A stretch of DNA of 64,000 nt from a bacterium (GTDB lineage Bacteria > Patescibacteriota > Minisyncoccia > Phycocordibacterales > UBA918): NCBI GenBank assembly GCA_043719295.1, contig JAYSUD010000001.1, positions 28,943 to 92,942 on the forward strand. Reading direction: 5' to 3'. The notes beneath the pieces were generated by a model. That model searched no databases. It was not told where the DNA came from and saw nothing but the letters and a program-made list of their open reading frames with translations. Positions 1 to 9,600 of the stretch are shown piece by piece. Positions within the stretch are counted from its first letter, which is position 1; every line of letters begins with the position of its first letter. The position numbers were made by a program, and so were the translations under genes.

Positions 1-126
1 CGCATGTGGCCTGGACCCAACAGTAATACGTTTATTGCATGGGCTCTTGCTCAAGTATCGGGTCACAACTTTGTATTACCTTTTAATGCCTTTGGGAAAG
101 GATACTCTATTTCAAATAATGCGTAA
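1..126 (+). CDS. 3' end of DUF3750-like hypothetical protein (partial)
   Basis: Frame 1 reads RMWPGPNSNTFIAWALAQVSGHNFVLPFNAFGKGY...stop at 124-126. WPGPNSNTF..W and LP..A.GK.Y resemble the DUF3750 family. Not in the ORF track. Confidence 0.65.
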   Translation, partial: RMWPGPNSNTFIAWALAQVSGHNFVLPFNAFGKGYSISNNA

Positions 127-139
127 CCTTTATAGTTGT

Positions 140-628
140 ATGAAAAAAGTAACTAAAGTAACTGAAGTGCAGGTAACCGAACTCTACAAGATGAAAGATG
201 GTGAAAGAGTATCAGAGAACAAACATACACTCTTTGCGTCTTCTCCCTCTGCTGGTTTTCCTGCTCCAGGTGATGATCAGGTTGAAAAAATACTTGATAT
301 CAACGATTTGGTAGTTCAAAACAAAGACGCCACTTTCTTTGTCCGCGTTTCAGGTGACTCAATGACCGGAGCTGGTATTTTTGATGGTGACGTATTGGTA
401 ATTGATCGCTCCAAAGAAGCAAAAGACGGAAAAATTGTAGTTGCAGCAGTTAATGGAGAACTTGTTGTCAAACGCCTCTCTATCACAAAACAGACTTCAA
501 GTAACGGGTCAGACCCCTTGATGCAGCTTGTGTCAGAAAATGAAGCGTACAAACCAATCAGCATCGGTGAAGATGAAGAATGTTTCATCTGGGGAGTTGT
601 CGTAGGCTCCGTCCGCCAGTTTCAGTAA
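140..628 (+). CDS. umuD: DNA polymerase V subunit UmuD (S24 peptidase)
   Basis: SAGFPAP cleavage-site motif, LDINDL, FFVRVSGDSM (catalytic Ser), VVKRL (catalytic Lys), IWGVV. Start moved to ATG 140 because the upstream part of the ORF overlaps the previous gene. Confidence 0.92.
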   Translation: MKKVTKVTEVQVTELYKMKDGERVSENKHTLFASSPSAGFPAPGDDQVEKILDINDLVVQNKDATFFVRVSGDSMTGAGIFDGDVLVIDRSKEAKDGKIVVAAVNGELVVKRLSITKQTSSNGSDPLMQLVSENEAYKPISIGEDEECFIWGVVVGSVRQFQ

Positions 629-648
629 GTCTCCATAAACATAACTAA

Positions 649-673
649 ATGTGAGGTCTCGTAAACCCCACAT
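649..673 (+). repeat. REP-like 25-bp hairpin, copy 1 (just beyond the transposase stop)
   Basis: ATGTGAGGTCTCGTAAACCCCACAT; one mismatch to the consensus ATGTGGGGT-CTCGTAA-ACCCCACAT. Confidence 0.9.
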
Positions 674-677
674 AGAA

Positions 678-1346
678 TTATTCGTGCAAAAGGTATTTGA
701 TTTGACTTATATCGATATCTTGAAGGTATTCTTCAAGTTGTTTAACATATTGTCCTTCAAACACATCATTGAAGAAATCAGTTTTGAGAATAGAGGGGAA
801 ATTTTTTATACCGATATAGTCTTGGTAGCTACTCCAACGATACGACTTTAAAAATTCTAGAGCAGACACAGAGTCCTCAATCTGACGTTCTCGCCATGCA
901 AGTGCATTCTCTTTTAGATCAAGAGGGTTAAGGTGTATATAGTTGAGTATATGGAGCATATAAGAATCACTGTTGATCAAAATTTTCTTTGTCCTCCCTT
1001 GAAAGAGAGTTCCAACTCTTGTATATCTCGCATTAAAATAGTTAGCGTATCCAGTATTCAGCTTTCTCAAAAAAAGACTCAATCCATTTTCAATACATGG
1101 ACTCAGTAGTAAATGGTAGTGATTACCCATCAGACACCACCCATGTATATCAACAAGTTTTTCGCCAGAAATAACATCTCTGTATGTGGGGTCTCGTAAA
1201 CCCAACATATTGTTACGATATGTATTAATGGCAAGTTCAGTGGTATTGAAAGCATACATGTCATGGATGAAACGAACTCTGTCACCATTATCTATAAATA
1301 TCTGTCGCTTATCTACCCCTCGATTGAGTGCATGATATATATCCAT
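678..1346 (-). mobile_element. Y1 HUH tyrosine transposase (REP-associated RAYT / IS200-like family)
   Basis: YHALNRGVDKRQIF start, CLMGNHYHLLL (HUH motif), G.LFQGR, YIHLNP (catalytic Tyr), YRWSSY. Associated with repeated palindromes. Confidence 0.9.
1184..1208 (+). repeat. REP-like 25-bp hairpin, copy 2, inside the transposase CDS
   Basis: ATGTGGGGTCTCGTAAACCCAACAT; translated on the minus strand as MLGLRDPT. Confidence 0.88.
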
Positions 1347-1410
1347 ACTCTACTAAGCGTAACTCCAATGGCAGATATTTGTAAGTCCGACATATGCGTA
1401 TATATTCTCA

Positions 1411-1477
1411 ATGTGGGGTCTCGTAAACCCCACATGGGCAACAATTTATGTGATGTGGGGTTTACGAGACCCCACAT
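1411..1477. repeat. Inverted pair of REP-like 25-bp hairpins (copies 3 and 4, REPIN-like doublet)
   Basis: 1411-1435 ATGTGGGGTCTCGTAAACCCCACAT and 1453-1477 is its exact reverse complement, 17 nt apart. Confidence 0.92.
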
Positions 1478-1513
1478 TCTAGAGCAAGGTGAAAGGGGGT
1501 GTATACTTTTGGG

Positions 1514-2761
1514 ATGATTGGGTTGATGGATTGTAATAATTTTTTTGTTTCTTGTGAACGGCTTTTTAGGCCTGATTTGCGGACGAAGCCGGTTGCTGTT
1601 TTGTCTTCCAATGATGGGTGTATTGTGGCACGAAGTCAGGAAATTAAAGATTTGGGGATTCCTATGGGTGTACCGTATTTTCAGGTGAAGGATGTGTGTG
1701 AAAAGGCTGGCGCGGTGTTATTTTCTTCAAATTTTACGCTGTATAGAGATATTTCTGCACGCGTGATGCGGACGCTTGAAAAGGAGGTTGGTGTGTGTGA
1801 TATCTATTCTGTAGATGAGGCTTTTTTTCATGTTGATGATGATGCTACAGAAGAAGACGTACTTTCAATTCGAGCTCGAATCATGAAAGATGTAGGACTT
1901 CCTGTATCAATAGGGGTTGCAACAACTAAAACACTTGCAAAGCAGGCAAGTTCTATAGCAAAAAAGGGAAATGGGGTCTGTGTCTTAACGCAACAAATGT
2001 GGCTAGAAAGAACTCCTCTGACTTCCTGTGGCACTGTATGGGGTCTTGGGCGTCAGACGGTGACGAAGCTTCGTGGAATGAATATTACTACTGTTGCAGA
2101 ATTTATGAACCTTGATAGGTCGATTGTTCGGAAAGTGTTCGGGGTACAAGGTGATCGTATCTACTTAGAGTTACAAGGGAAACCTGTATACGAGCTTGGA
2201 CAGAACAGTAAGGATATACAGCAAAGTATCATGAGTTCACGATCGTTTGAGAAAACAACACATACGCTATCTGAATTAGAGAGTGCAATTGGGTACCATG
2301 TTAGCTTTGCATCAGAGAAACTACGTCAAAAAAAGTTGGTAGCTAGTAAATTGTATGTACAAATTCTGCCAAGTAGACATGGTGATTTTGCATTACGCAG
2401 AGGTTCTTCTGAAGTCATATTGAGTATTCCAACAGCAGATACGAAGGCGCTTTTGACTGAAGCACTTGCACAAGTACACATGCTGTTTGATCCTGAAGTT
2501 CCGTATAAAAAAGCAGGAATTGCACTTGGAGGGTTGTTACCTGAGGGATATGTCACTAGTTCACTTTGGGGTGAACGTAACACTCAAGTATTAGAATCAA
2601 GCTTAGACAACGTAACTGACATCATTAATCAAAGGTTTGGTAGTGGCACCATACGGTCTGGAGTTGTTCTTACAAGTGGCGCGCGAGGAAGTGCCAAACT
2701 TCGATCAAAAGAGTATACGACATCGTGGAAAGATATCCCCACTGTAAGAGCGATAACGTGA
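1514..2761 (+). CDS. umuC: Y-family DNA polymerase V subunit UmuC
   Basis: MDCNNFFVSCERLFRPDL, VLSSNDGC, SSNFTLY, YSVDEAF, SRSF, YKKAG, C-terminal SKEYTTSW..IP. ATG 1514 follows TATACT at 1502-1507. Confidence 0.93.
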   Translation: MIGLMDCNNFFVSCERLFRPDLRTKPVAVLSSNDGCIVARSQEIKDLGIPMGVPYFQVKDVCEKAGAVLFSSNFTLYRDISARVMRTLEKEVGVCDIYSVDEAFFHVDDDATEEDVLSIRARIMKDVGLPVSIGVATTKTLAKQASSIAKKGNGVCVLTQQMWLERTPLTSCGTVWGLGRQTVTKLRGMNITTVAEFMNLDRSIVRKVFGVQGDRIYLELQGKPVYELGQNSKDIQQSIMSSRSFEKTTHTLSELESAIGYHVSFASEKLRQKKLVASKLYVQILPSRHGDFALRRGSSEVILSIPTADTKALLTEALAQVHMLFDPEVPYKKAGIALGGLLPEGYVTSSLWGERNTQVLESSLDNVTDIINQRFGSGTIRSGVVLTSGARGSAKLRSKEYTTSWKDIPTVRAIT

Positions 2762-2917
2762 CTATAGGTCAATAAGACATCAAAAACTAGTGACTTTTAG
2801 ACAACAAAGTCCTTTAAGAAACAAATATATAAAAAATAAGTCTATGTGAGCGTGTAACTTATTAAGAACAAGAACAGTTATCAACACACAATTTAAGACA
2901 CAAAGTCAATGTCCTTG

Positions 2918-3083
2918 TACTATATAAGTAGACCGATACAGATTAAAGATATTGACGAAGTTTAAGGCTACACCTTTTATAAAACTTCCATAGTATTCTC
3001 CACAATTATTTGTATCGGATAGTGAATCACATTTTGTATTTGTGAAGCACAACGTTATTTAAAAATATAAATAAAAAAAGAAC
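2918..3083 (+). promoter_or_regulatory. Putative promoter and long structured 5' leader
   Basis: TACTAT -10-like hexamer at 2918-2923; long hairpin CCGATACAGAT...ATTTGTATCGG at 2933-3018; second hairpin at 3022-3050. Confidence 0.5.
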
Positions 3084-4151
3084 ATGTTCGTATTAACAAC
3101 GAACGTTTCTGCAAGTTACAGAGTGATCGCGACACTCGTAGCAACTGCGTTAATTTTGTCGGCTACAGGAGTCTACAATTTTGCACAGGCAGCAAACGTC
3201 ACAAGCGTATCTGACACGTTGAGTGATTCAGATAGAAGCGTAGATTCAAACCATACCATCAGGTTCACAACACCAACTGGTATTACCGTTGGACAAACAG
3301 TCACCATAACCTTCCCAGCAGGTTTTAGTCTAACGGGTGTAACAACTGGAGACTTTGCAATTGCAACACCTGATGCAAACTGGACTGAAGGTGTTGCAGG
3401 ACAAGTGGTAACGTTCACTCGAACTACAAGTCCTGTAGCAGCATCTACTACAGTAATTGCCACCTTCACAGGATCAAACAAAATAAATAATCCTTCGACC
3501 ACAGGTTCGTATGAGATTGTTATTGCGGGGACTATGGCCGATTCAGGCCGCACACGCGTAGCGATTGTAGACAATGTTGATGTTACTGCGAGAGTAGATA
3601 CATCGTTTAACTTCACAGTTATTGGAAACGCAACAACAACAGCTGTTAATGGAACAACGACAACTCGCACATCTTCATCTACAACAATTCCGTTTGGAAC
3701 ACTCGTAGCAAATCAAATTACAACACTTGCACAAGATCTAACCGTCCAGACAAACGCCATTCGAGGGTTTGTGGTTACAGTTGCAGAAGATCAACATCTT
3801 CTTTCATCAACAGGAGCTGATATTGACAACTTCTCTGAGGGAGTTACCTCAGCAACACCTGTCGCATGGAATGCTCCCGACAACCTTATTGGAGACGAAA
3901 AGACCTGGGGACATTGGGGTGTTACTTCTGAAGACACTGCAACTACAAGAAGCGTCCAGTTTGGATCAAATCAATGGGTTGGAGTTTCGACAACACCACA
4001 AGTTCTCTTTAGTCACGCTGGTCCATCTGATGGTACAACAGCAGGAATAGGACGAACAAGAGTAGGGTATCAAGTACAAATCTCGCCACTTCAGGAAGCG
4101 GGAGATGACTACAGCACAACCCTTACATACATTGCAACTCCAACTTTCTAA
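3084..4151 (+). CDS. Secreted Thr-rich surface subunit with WxL-like C-terminal domain (paralog 1)
   Basis: Signal peptide ending AQA; beta-rich; ends YQVQISPLQEAGDDYSTTLTYIATPTF. Clear paralog of 40737-41882. Confidence 0.75.
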   Translation: MFVLTTNVSASYRVIATLVATALILSATGVYNFAQAANVTSVSDTLSDSDRSVDSNHTIRFTTPTGITVGQTVTITFPAGFSLTGVTTGDFAIATPDANWTEGVAGQVVTFTRTTSPVAASTTVIATFTGSNKINNPSTTGSYEIVIAGTMADSGRTRVAIVDNVDVTARVDTSFNFTVIGNATTTAVNGTTTTRTSSSTTIPFGTLVANQITTLAQDLTVQTNAIRGFVVTVAEDQHLLSSTGADIDNFSEGVTSATPVAWNAPDNLIGDEKTWGHWGVTSEDTATTRSVQFGSNQWVGVSTTPQVLFSHAGPSDGTTAGIGRTRVGYQVQISPLQEAGDDYSTTLTYIATPTF

Positions 4152-4172
4152 ACTAATTTAGAACAAAGAGTA

Positions 4173-4200
4173 AGAAAAATCCCCGAAAGGGGATTTTTCT
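4173..4200. terminator. Intrinsic terminator (potentially bidirectional)
   Basis: AGAAAAATCCCC-GAAA-GGGGATTTTTCT, 21 nt after the stop. Confidence 0.85.
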
Positions 4201-4299
4201 GTATGCCGGAGTTTTGTATTCTTGATGTTATATACATAAAATAATTCGATATCCAAGCGTGTAATGTTAAACTGTATGAGTTATTAGTTGTACCTATAT

Positions 4300-5370
4300 A
4301 TGTTGCGTAATTCTCTACTAAAGCAGTTTTTATTTATTGTTCTTTTTGCAATCATCCTGCCTTATGCAACTGCTTCTGCACAAAATAGTACAGCTGGAAT
4401 TGGACTTAAACCGGCAACAATTGAAGGAGGGGCAATACCAGGTGAGACTCAAACGCATCCTTTTGGTGTCACAAACTTAAGTGCGGTAAATCAAACATAC
4501 TATCTTTTTACTCGAGATATTACTGGAGTTGAAGAAGGTGGGGTTCCAATATTTGCTGATGAAAATCAAGAAAAAACTGAGTATGAACTTTCTGAATGGG
4601 TAACACTAAGTGCACAAGAAGTAACCCTAGCACCAGGAGAAGAAAAAGTAATTGATGTTACTATTGCGGTACCGTTAACTGCAACACCGTGTAGTCACTT
4701 TGGTGGAGTGTTTGTTTCTATGCAACCACCACGAATGCGCTCAACTGGAGCTTCAGTAGGGTATGAAGTTGCAAACATCATTAGTTTGCGTGTTGCTGGT
4801 GAGTGTGTAGAAGATGCACAAATTCGTTCGTTCTCAACTGACAACTTTATCTATAGTAAACCTCTAGTTGAATTTACGGCTCGTGTTGAAAACAAAGGAT
4901 CGGTATTGGTTCGGCCATTTGGTCCGCTTGAGATAACCAATATGTTTGGAAAACGAGTTGCCATGGTTACGCTAAATGAATCTAAAGGTGGTGTGTTTCC
5001 TCGTACGGAACGCTCTTTTAATATAACTTGGGAAAGTGATGGACCTGGTTTTGGAAGGTATCAAGCTATTTTAAGTATGATTTATGGTGAGCAAGGCAGG
5101 CAATCAACTATTTCGTCTACTGCTTCATTTTGGATACTGCCGATGAACATTATCCTCCCTGCATTAGGTGCACTTGCGTTTTTACTCTTGTGCGCATACA
5201 TCTTTGTGAAGTTGTATATTAATAAAACAGTGCGGAGTATGTCAGGGGGCACACGGCGAATAGTTCGTCGTAAACGACAAGGGGGTATGTCGGCGCTGTT
5301 ACTTGTGGTTGTTGTCATGCTTTCAGTTACTGCGTTATTCCTCCTTATCTTGTTGGCCCTCTTTGCTTGA
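4300..5370 (+). CDS. DUF916/WxL-interacting-protein-like membrane protein
   Basis: Signal peptide; PGE...VTN, W+.L...TLAPGE.K, HFGG, ENKG.V...P.G...ITN.FG, GRY.A motifs; C-terminal TM, basic loop and second TM. Confidence 0.65.
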   Translation: MLRNSLLKQFLFIVLFAIILPYATASAQNSTAGIGLKPATIEGGAIPGETQTHPFGVTNLSAVNQTYYLFTRDITGVEEGGVPIFADENQEKTEYELSEWVTLSAQEVTLAPGEEKVIDVTIAVPLTATPCSHFGGVFVSMQPPRMRSTGASVGYEVANIISLRVAGECVEDAQIRSFSTDNFIYSKPLVEFTARVENKGSVLVRPFGPLEITNMFGKRVAMVTLNESKGGVFPRTERSFNITWESDGPGFGRYQAILSMIYGEQGRQSTISSTASFWILPMNIILPALGALAFLLLCAYIFVKLYINKTVRSMSGGTRRIVRRKRQGGMSALLLVVVVMLSVTALFLLILLALFA

Positions 5371-5387
5371 TGATAGAATAGATAGGT

Positions 5388-5789
5388 ATGAAAGATTCTG
5401 TGTACCACAGCTTGCTTCGAATCTCAGCACTCACCTTAAGTTTAGTGCTGTTGTTTGTTAGTGGCATTTTCTCAGAATCAACAAAAGAACTCTCGCTTAA
5501 TACAGGTTCGTATCTTGCTACCGCAATTGGAATGAATGCAGCAGTTTTGCCAACTGAAATAAATACACTCTCAGCACAACTTCTTGAAAAAGATAAAGAA
5601 ATACAGAGTAGGGAAATTGCAGTGAGTTTAAAAGAAGCAAATCAAAATAAAAGTGATACGGCAACATTTGTGTTAAGTGTTCTCCTTTTTGTACTTCTCA
5701 TTTTGATTGTTCTCAATTACATTCTCGACTACATACGGACACGAAAAATTACACCTCTACCTGTGTCAGGATATGAACAAGCTCACTAA
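5388..5789 (+). CDS. Small two-TM membrane protein with short coiled coil
   Basis: Hydrophobic N- and C-terminal segments flanking EINTLSAQLLEKDKEIQSREI. Confidence 0.7.
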   Translation: MKDSVYHSLLRISALTLSLVLLFVSGIFSESTKELSLNTGSYLATAIGMNAAVLPTEINTLSAQLLEKDKEIQSREIAVSLKEANQNKSDTATFVLSVLLFVLLILIVLNYILDYIRTRKITPLPVSGYEQAH

Positions 5790-6585
5790 GTCAGCTCTTA
5801 TAGGTATTGGTGCTGTAGTTTTATCTACGGTCGCTATTCAAGCAAGTGATCTTGTTGGTGGTATTAGTGGCAATCTCGCGGGTTTAGCAATTGAAAGTCA
5901 GAGTGTATGTGGCGAAGGAGCGACGTTGGTGCTTTTAGGTTCGCAAAGTTTATGTGTTGATACGTATGAAGCCTCACCGAGTGATGCGTGTCCGTATCCT
6001 GTTGTAGATAGTCAAAATAAAACACAAGACAATGCAAATGCTCCTGAGTGCACGGTGGCATCCGCCCAAGATGCAATACCGTGGGCTTTCGTTTCACAGA
6101 TTCAAGCACAGCAATTTTGTGGGAAAGTAGGTAAGCGCCTACCTTCAAATGAGGAATGGTATAAAATTGCCAGTGGATTTAGTAATGAAGGAGCGTGTGT
6201 TATTAACTCTGGGTTATCCTCTCCTTCTAAAACGGGGACAGAAGCGTGTGTCACTCCACTTGGCATCTACGATGTGGTTGGAAATGTATGGGAATGGATT
6301 GATGGTGAAGTAAGTGGGGGAATGTATAACAACCGCGCGTTACCAACTTCAGGGTATGTAGCCATGGTTGATACAAATGGTATTACTATTGAGACAAAAA
6401 ATAGTGCTTTGGAGGAATTTGGAAATGATTACGCACAAACTTCACAAGAAGGGATAAAAGGAATTATCCGTGGTGGTTTTTATGGAAGTAAAAGTGATGC
6501 AGGAATATTTGCTCAAAATCTAGCGGTGCCACTTGATTTTAAATCTGCTGGAGTTGGGTTTCGCTGTGTGAAGACGGTACAGTAA
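5773..6585 (+). CDS. Secreted FGE-sulfatase/SUMF1-family (CLec-fold) protein 1
   Basis: CVDTYEAS, AQQFCGKVGKRLPSNEEW, YDVVGNVWEW, RGGFY, C-terminal VGFRC. ATG 5773 gives a clean N-terminal hydrophobic segment. Confidence 0.85.
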   Translation: MNKLTKSALIGIGAVVLSTVAIQASDLVGGISGNLAGLAIESQSVCGEGATLVLLGSQSLCVDTYEASPSDACPYPVVDSQNKTQDNANAPECTVASAQDAIPWAFVSQIQAQQFCGKVGKRLPSNEEWYKIASGFSNEGACVINSGLSSPSKTGTEACVTPLGIYDVVGNVWEWIDGEVSGGMYNNRALPTSGYVAMVDTNGITIETKNSALEEFGNDYAQTSQEGIKGIIRGGFYGSKSDAGIFAQNLAVPLDFKSAGVGFRCVKTVQ

Positions 6586-6650
6586 TTTATTTATAGTTTT
6601 TTTGGGGATTAAGAAGTTCTTTGAACTTCTGATAGTTGTATACTATAAAT

Positions 6651-7457
6651 ATGAAATGGCTCAAAGTGGGGAGCGTTATATTTGGTGCGCTTATTATTAC
6701 TGCACTTGGTATTGACGCAGCCGATACACTTTCTGGTTCGAGAGGAACACTTCTTGGTCAATTAGTTGGAAGTCCCCAACAAAGTGCCTGTGAAGCAGGG
6801 ATGGTAGAAGTTAATTTGGCTTCAACGTTTACCTGTGTTGATGTATATGAAGCTTCTGCGCTACAAGACTGCCCCTATCCATCACCACAAAATGAAGAAG
6901 AGACTCGATTAAATCTTGAAAGTACTACTTGTGGAGCATCTTCAGGTGCGGAAGTTTTACCCTGGCGTTTTATTACACGTGAACAAGCAAATGTTGCCTG
7001 TATGAAGTCGGGTAAACGACTTCCAACAAACCAAGAATGGCACGTACTTGCATCGGGAACCCGTGATGACAGATCTCTCTGTAACATGGACGGGAGTGGA
7101 GTTTTGCAAACTGCAGCCAATTCACAATGTGTCTCAGCTATCGGAGTTATAAATGCTATTGGTAATGTGTGGGAATGGACCTCCGACGATGTAATTTCTG
7201 GAGTATATAAAGGAAGAGAGCTTCCAAGTTCTGGTTATGTTACTCAAGTTGATAACGAAGGGGTTGCGACACTCACAACACTCACACCTTCAGAATTGTT
7301 TTATAAAGATTATTTCTGGTCTTCAAAAGAAGGTGCATACGGTATTATGCGTGGGGGTTTCTATGGAAGTAAAAGTGATGCAGGTGTGTATGCGGTTCAT
7401 GCACAGACTTTGCCGACTGCAGCGGGGACTGCCATTGGTTTTCGCTGCCTTCGGTGA
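6651..7457 (+). CDS. Secreted FGE-sulfatase/SUMF1-family (CLec-fold) protein 2
   Basis: CVDVYEAS, ACMKSGKRLPTNQEW, GNVWEW, RGGFY, IGFRC. Tandem paralog of the previous gene. Confidence 0.85.
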   Translation: MKWLKVGSVIFGALIITALGIDAADTLSGSRGTLLGQLVGSPQQSACEAGMVEVNLASTFTCVDVYEASALQDCPYPSPQNEEETRLNLESTTCGASSGAEVLPWRFITREQANVACMKSGKRLPTNQEWHVLASGTRDDRSLCNMDGSGVLQTAANSQCVSAIGVINAIGNVWEWTSDDVISGVYKGRELPSSGYVTQVDNEGVATLTTLTPSELFYKDYFWSSKEGAYGIMRGGFYGSKSDAGVYAVHAQTLPTAAGTAIGFRCLR

Positions 7458-7577
7458 AGGCTAAAAATACCCCATTTACTTCGTTGCGTTTCAAAAAATT
7501 TTCCTCTACGTATGTTGAATACGTGTCGAAAAATTTTTTTCACGCGCCTCGTACCTGGGGCATTTTTAGCCTTTACC
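7453..7577 (+). repeat. Family A nested-hairpin element
   Basis: Outer IR GGTGAAGGCTAAAAAT/ATTTTTAGCCTTTACC; conserved CATTTACTTCGTTGCG...CCTC-hairpin...CGCGCCTCGTA core. Confidence 0.8.
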
Positions 7578-7680
7578 ACTAGAGTTTGATTTAGAATTGC
7601 TAGGCGTTCATTGTTTATGTAAATCTTATAATGTGTACAGTAGTCATTACTGTTGTGTACATACGTTACAATGGTACGTA

Positions 7681-9600
7681 ATGAATAGGACCTACCTGTG
7701 TAGGAGTCTTGGTGTTATAGCACTTGCTGTTGTTTTAGTGCTCGGTTTTTTCGTCTTTCCGTTTTATAGCAACGCACTTAATATTCACTCATACAGTGAC
7801 ACTATTACCGATTCACGTCCCTTGGGTTATGCAAACCACACACTTGAATTTACGATCAAAACTGATATTGCGCCTTCTGGATTTATTGAAATTGAACCGC
7901 CCTCTGGATTTGAAATTACTTCTGCAGGTACTTTTGGTGAACGTAACGTTGAGGTGTATGTAAATGGGTTGTTGCGAACGGCAAGTTCAACAGGAGGTGC
8001 CACTGTTGATGAAGTAGTTATTACCCGTGGTTCACCTGGACTTATTCGCTATAGTTTAAACCCTACAGCAGGTATTGCAACAGATTCTCTAATTGAAGTA
8101 CGTATCGGTAATCATACTACTGGTGCATTGTATGACAGTGTTTCTTTTAGTAGTACTACAGGCACTACTACAACAATACGTGATACAGAGCCAATTAAAA
8201 ATAGTTCACAAATCGGCACACATAAAGTAGGTATTTCTTTTGGAGGAACTACAGCACCAGCGTATGCTGAGTTTAGTATTGCGGTTGTTAATGCGGTAGG
8301 TACAGGATTTGTTGATACAACTGAAACTGTTCCTCCATATCGTTTTAATGGTGCACCAACAGGTGAGATTGGAGGAACGACATTTAATGTTGAACTATCA
8401 CTTGAAACAGATGAGTTGGCTACGTGTAAGTTTTCGCAAGCATCAGGTACTCCGTATGTTTCAATGAACCGCACTTTTTCTCAAACGGGGCAAGTAGTCC
8501 ACTCGTCAATTGTGTCAGTTGCAACAGGGACACTCAATTCATACTTTGTTCGCTGTCTTGACGATGAAGGAAACTTCAACATTGACGATTACGTTATTTC
8601 TTTTATTTCGCAACCGCCACCATCAGGAAATCCTAACTCTGAAGGAGATGTAGATGGAGACGGAACTGGTACTGGAAATGACGGAACAGGAAGTGGTTCA
8701 GGCAGTGGCGGATCATCGGGAAATTCAAATGGTGGAGGTGGAGGAAGTGGTAGCAGTAGTGGTGGAGGTGGTGGTAGTAGTGGTGGAGGAAGTGGAGGTG
8801 ATAGTGGTACTGAAAATGCCAGTGAATCAGGTGGGGGACTTGAGTCAACTAACGCACCGTATCGAAGTGGTGACGCTGAAGTAGTAATTCGTGGATATGC
8901 ATTCCCTGGAAGTACTGTGTATGGACTTGTTGATGGGTTTCAAACAAAAAATGTAAAAGCAGGCAGTGATGGTAGTTACAGTATGACCATAGAGGAAATT
9001 GCACGTGGAGTGTATACCTTTGGTGTGTACGCAGTTGATGGTAGTGGTAAAAAATCAAGTACGTTTAGTACATCGTTTACCGTCACGGGAGGTAGAACTT
9101 CTAACCTTTCAAATATCAATATCATGCCGTCAATTACGGTAACTCCAAACCCTGTGACATCGGGGCAGTCACTTACTGTTAAAGGCGAATCAATTCCAAA
9201 CGCAGAAGTTACTGTTGAAAATCTAAATGATAAAAGTTCAGCGTCAAGAAAAAGTTTTACTGCAACTGCTAATGCATCAGGTGACTGGTCACTAACTATT
9301 GATACAACTGGCTTCACCAATGGTACGTATAAGATACGCGCAAAATCAAAGCAACTTGCAGGGTTGCTTTTAGAGACAAACTTTTCTGAGTATACATTTT
9401 ATGGAGTAGGTCAAAGTGCGGACGTCCCCTTAAGTGCTGACTTAAACACTGATGGAAAAGTAAACCTAACCGACTTCTCAATCTTACTCTTTTGGTGGGG
9501 AGGTGACGGGGGTAATTCAAACCCCCCTGCTGACATCAATAGAGACAAAAAAGTAAACCTAACCGACTTCTCAATCTTACTCTTCAACTGGACCGGTTAA
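7681..9600 (+). CDS. Secreted protein: subunit-like N-domain, Gly/Ser linker, Ig-like domains, C-terminal dockerin
   Basis: SDTITDSRP...NHTLEFT matches the N-domain of 3084/40737; poly-Gly linker; duplicated DLN.DGKVNLTDFSILLF Ca-binding repeats. Confidence 0.8.
   Translation: MNRTYLCRSLGVIALAVVLVLGFFVFPFYSNALNIHSYSDTITDSRPLGYANHTLEFTIKTDIAPSGFIEIEPPSGFEITSAGTFGERNVEVYVNGLLRTASSTGGATVDEVVITRGSPGLIRYSLNPTAGIATDSLIEVRIGNHTTGALYDSVSFSSTTGTTTTIRDTEPIKNSSQIGTHKVGISFGGTTAPAYAEFSIAVVNAVGTGFVDTTETVPPYRFNGAPTGEIGGTTFNVELSLETDELATCKFSQASGTPYVSMNRTFSQTGQVVHSSIVSVATGTLNSYFVRCLDDEGNFNIDDYVISFISQPPPSGNPNSEGDVDGDGTGTGNDGTGSGSGSGGSSGNSNGGGGGSGSSSGGGGGSSGGGSGGDSGTENASESGGGLESTNAPYRSGDAEVVIRGYAFPGSTVYGLVDGFQTKNVKAGSDGSYSMTIEEIARGVYTFGVYAVDGSGKKSSTFSTSFTVTGGRTSNLSNINIMPSITVTPNPVTSGQSLTVKGESIPNAEVTVENLNDKSSASRKSFTATANASGDWSLTIDTTGFTNGTYKIRAKSKQLAGLLLETNFSEYTFYGVGQSADVPLSADLNTDGKVNLTDFSILLFWWGGDGGNSNPPADINRDKKVNLTDFSILLFNWTG

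Noticed and set aside
5773-7457. Diversity-generating retroelement targeting the FGE/CLec proteins
   Set aside because: No reverse transcriptase, Avd or template repeat differing only at adenines was seen; the shared 23 nt is explained by paralogy.
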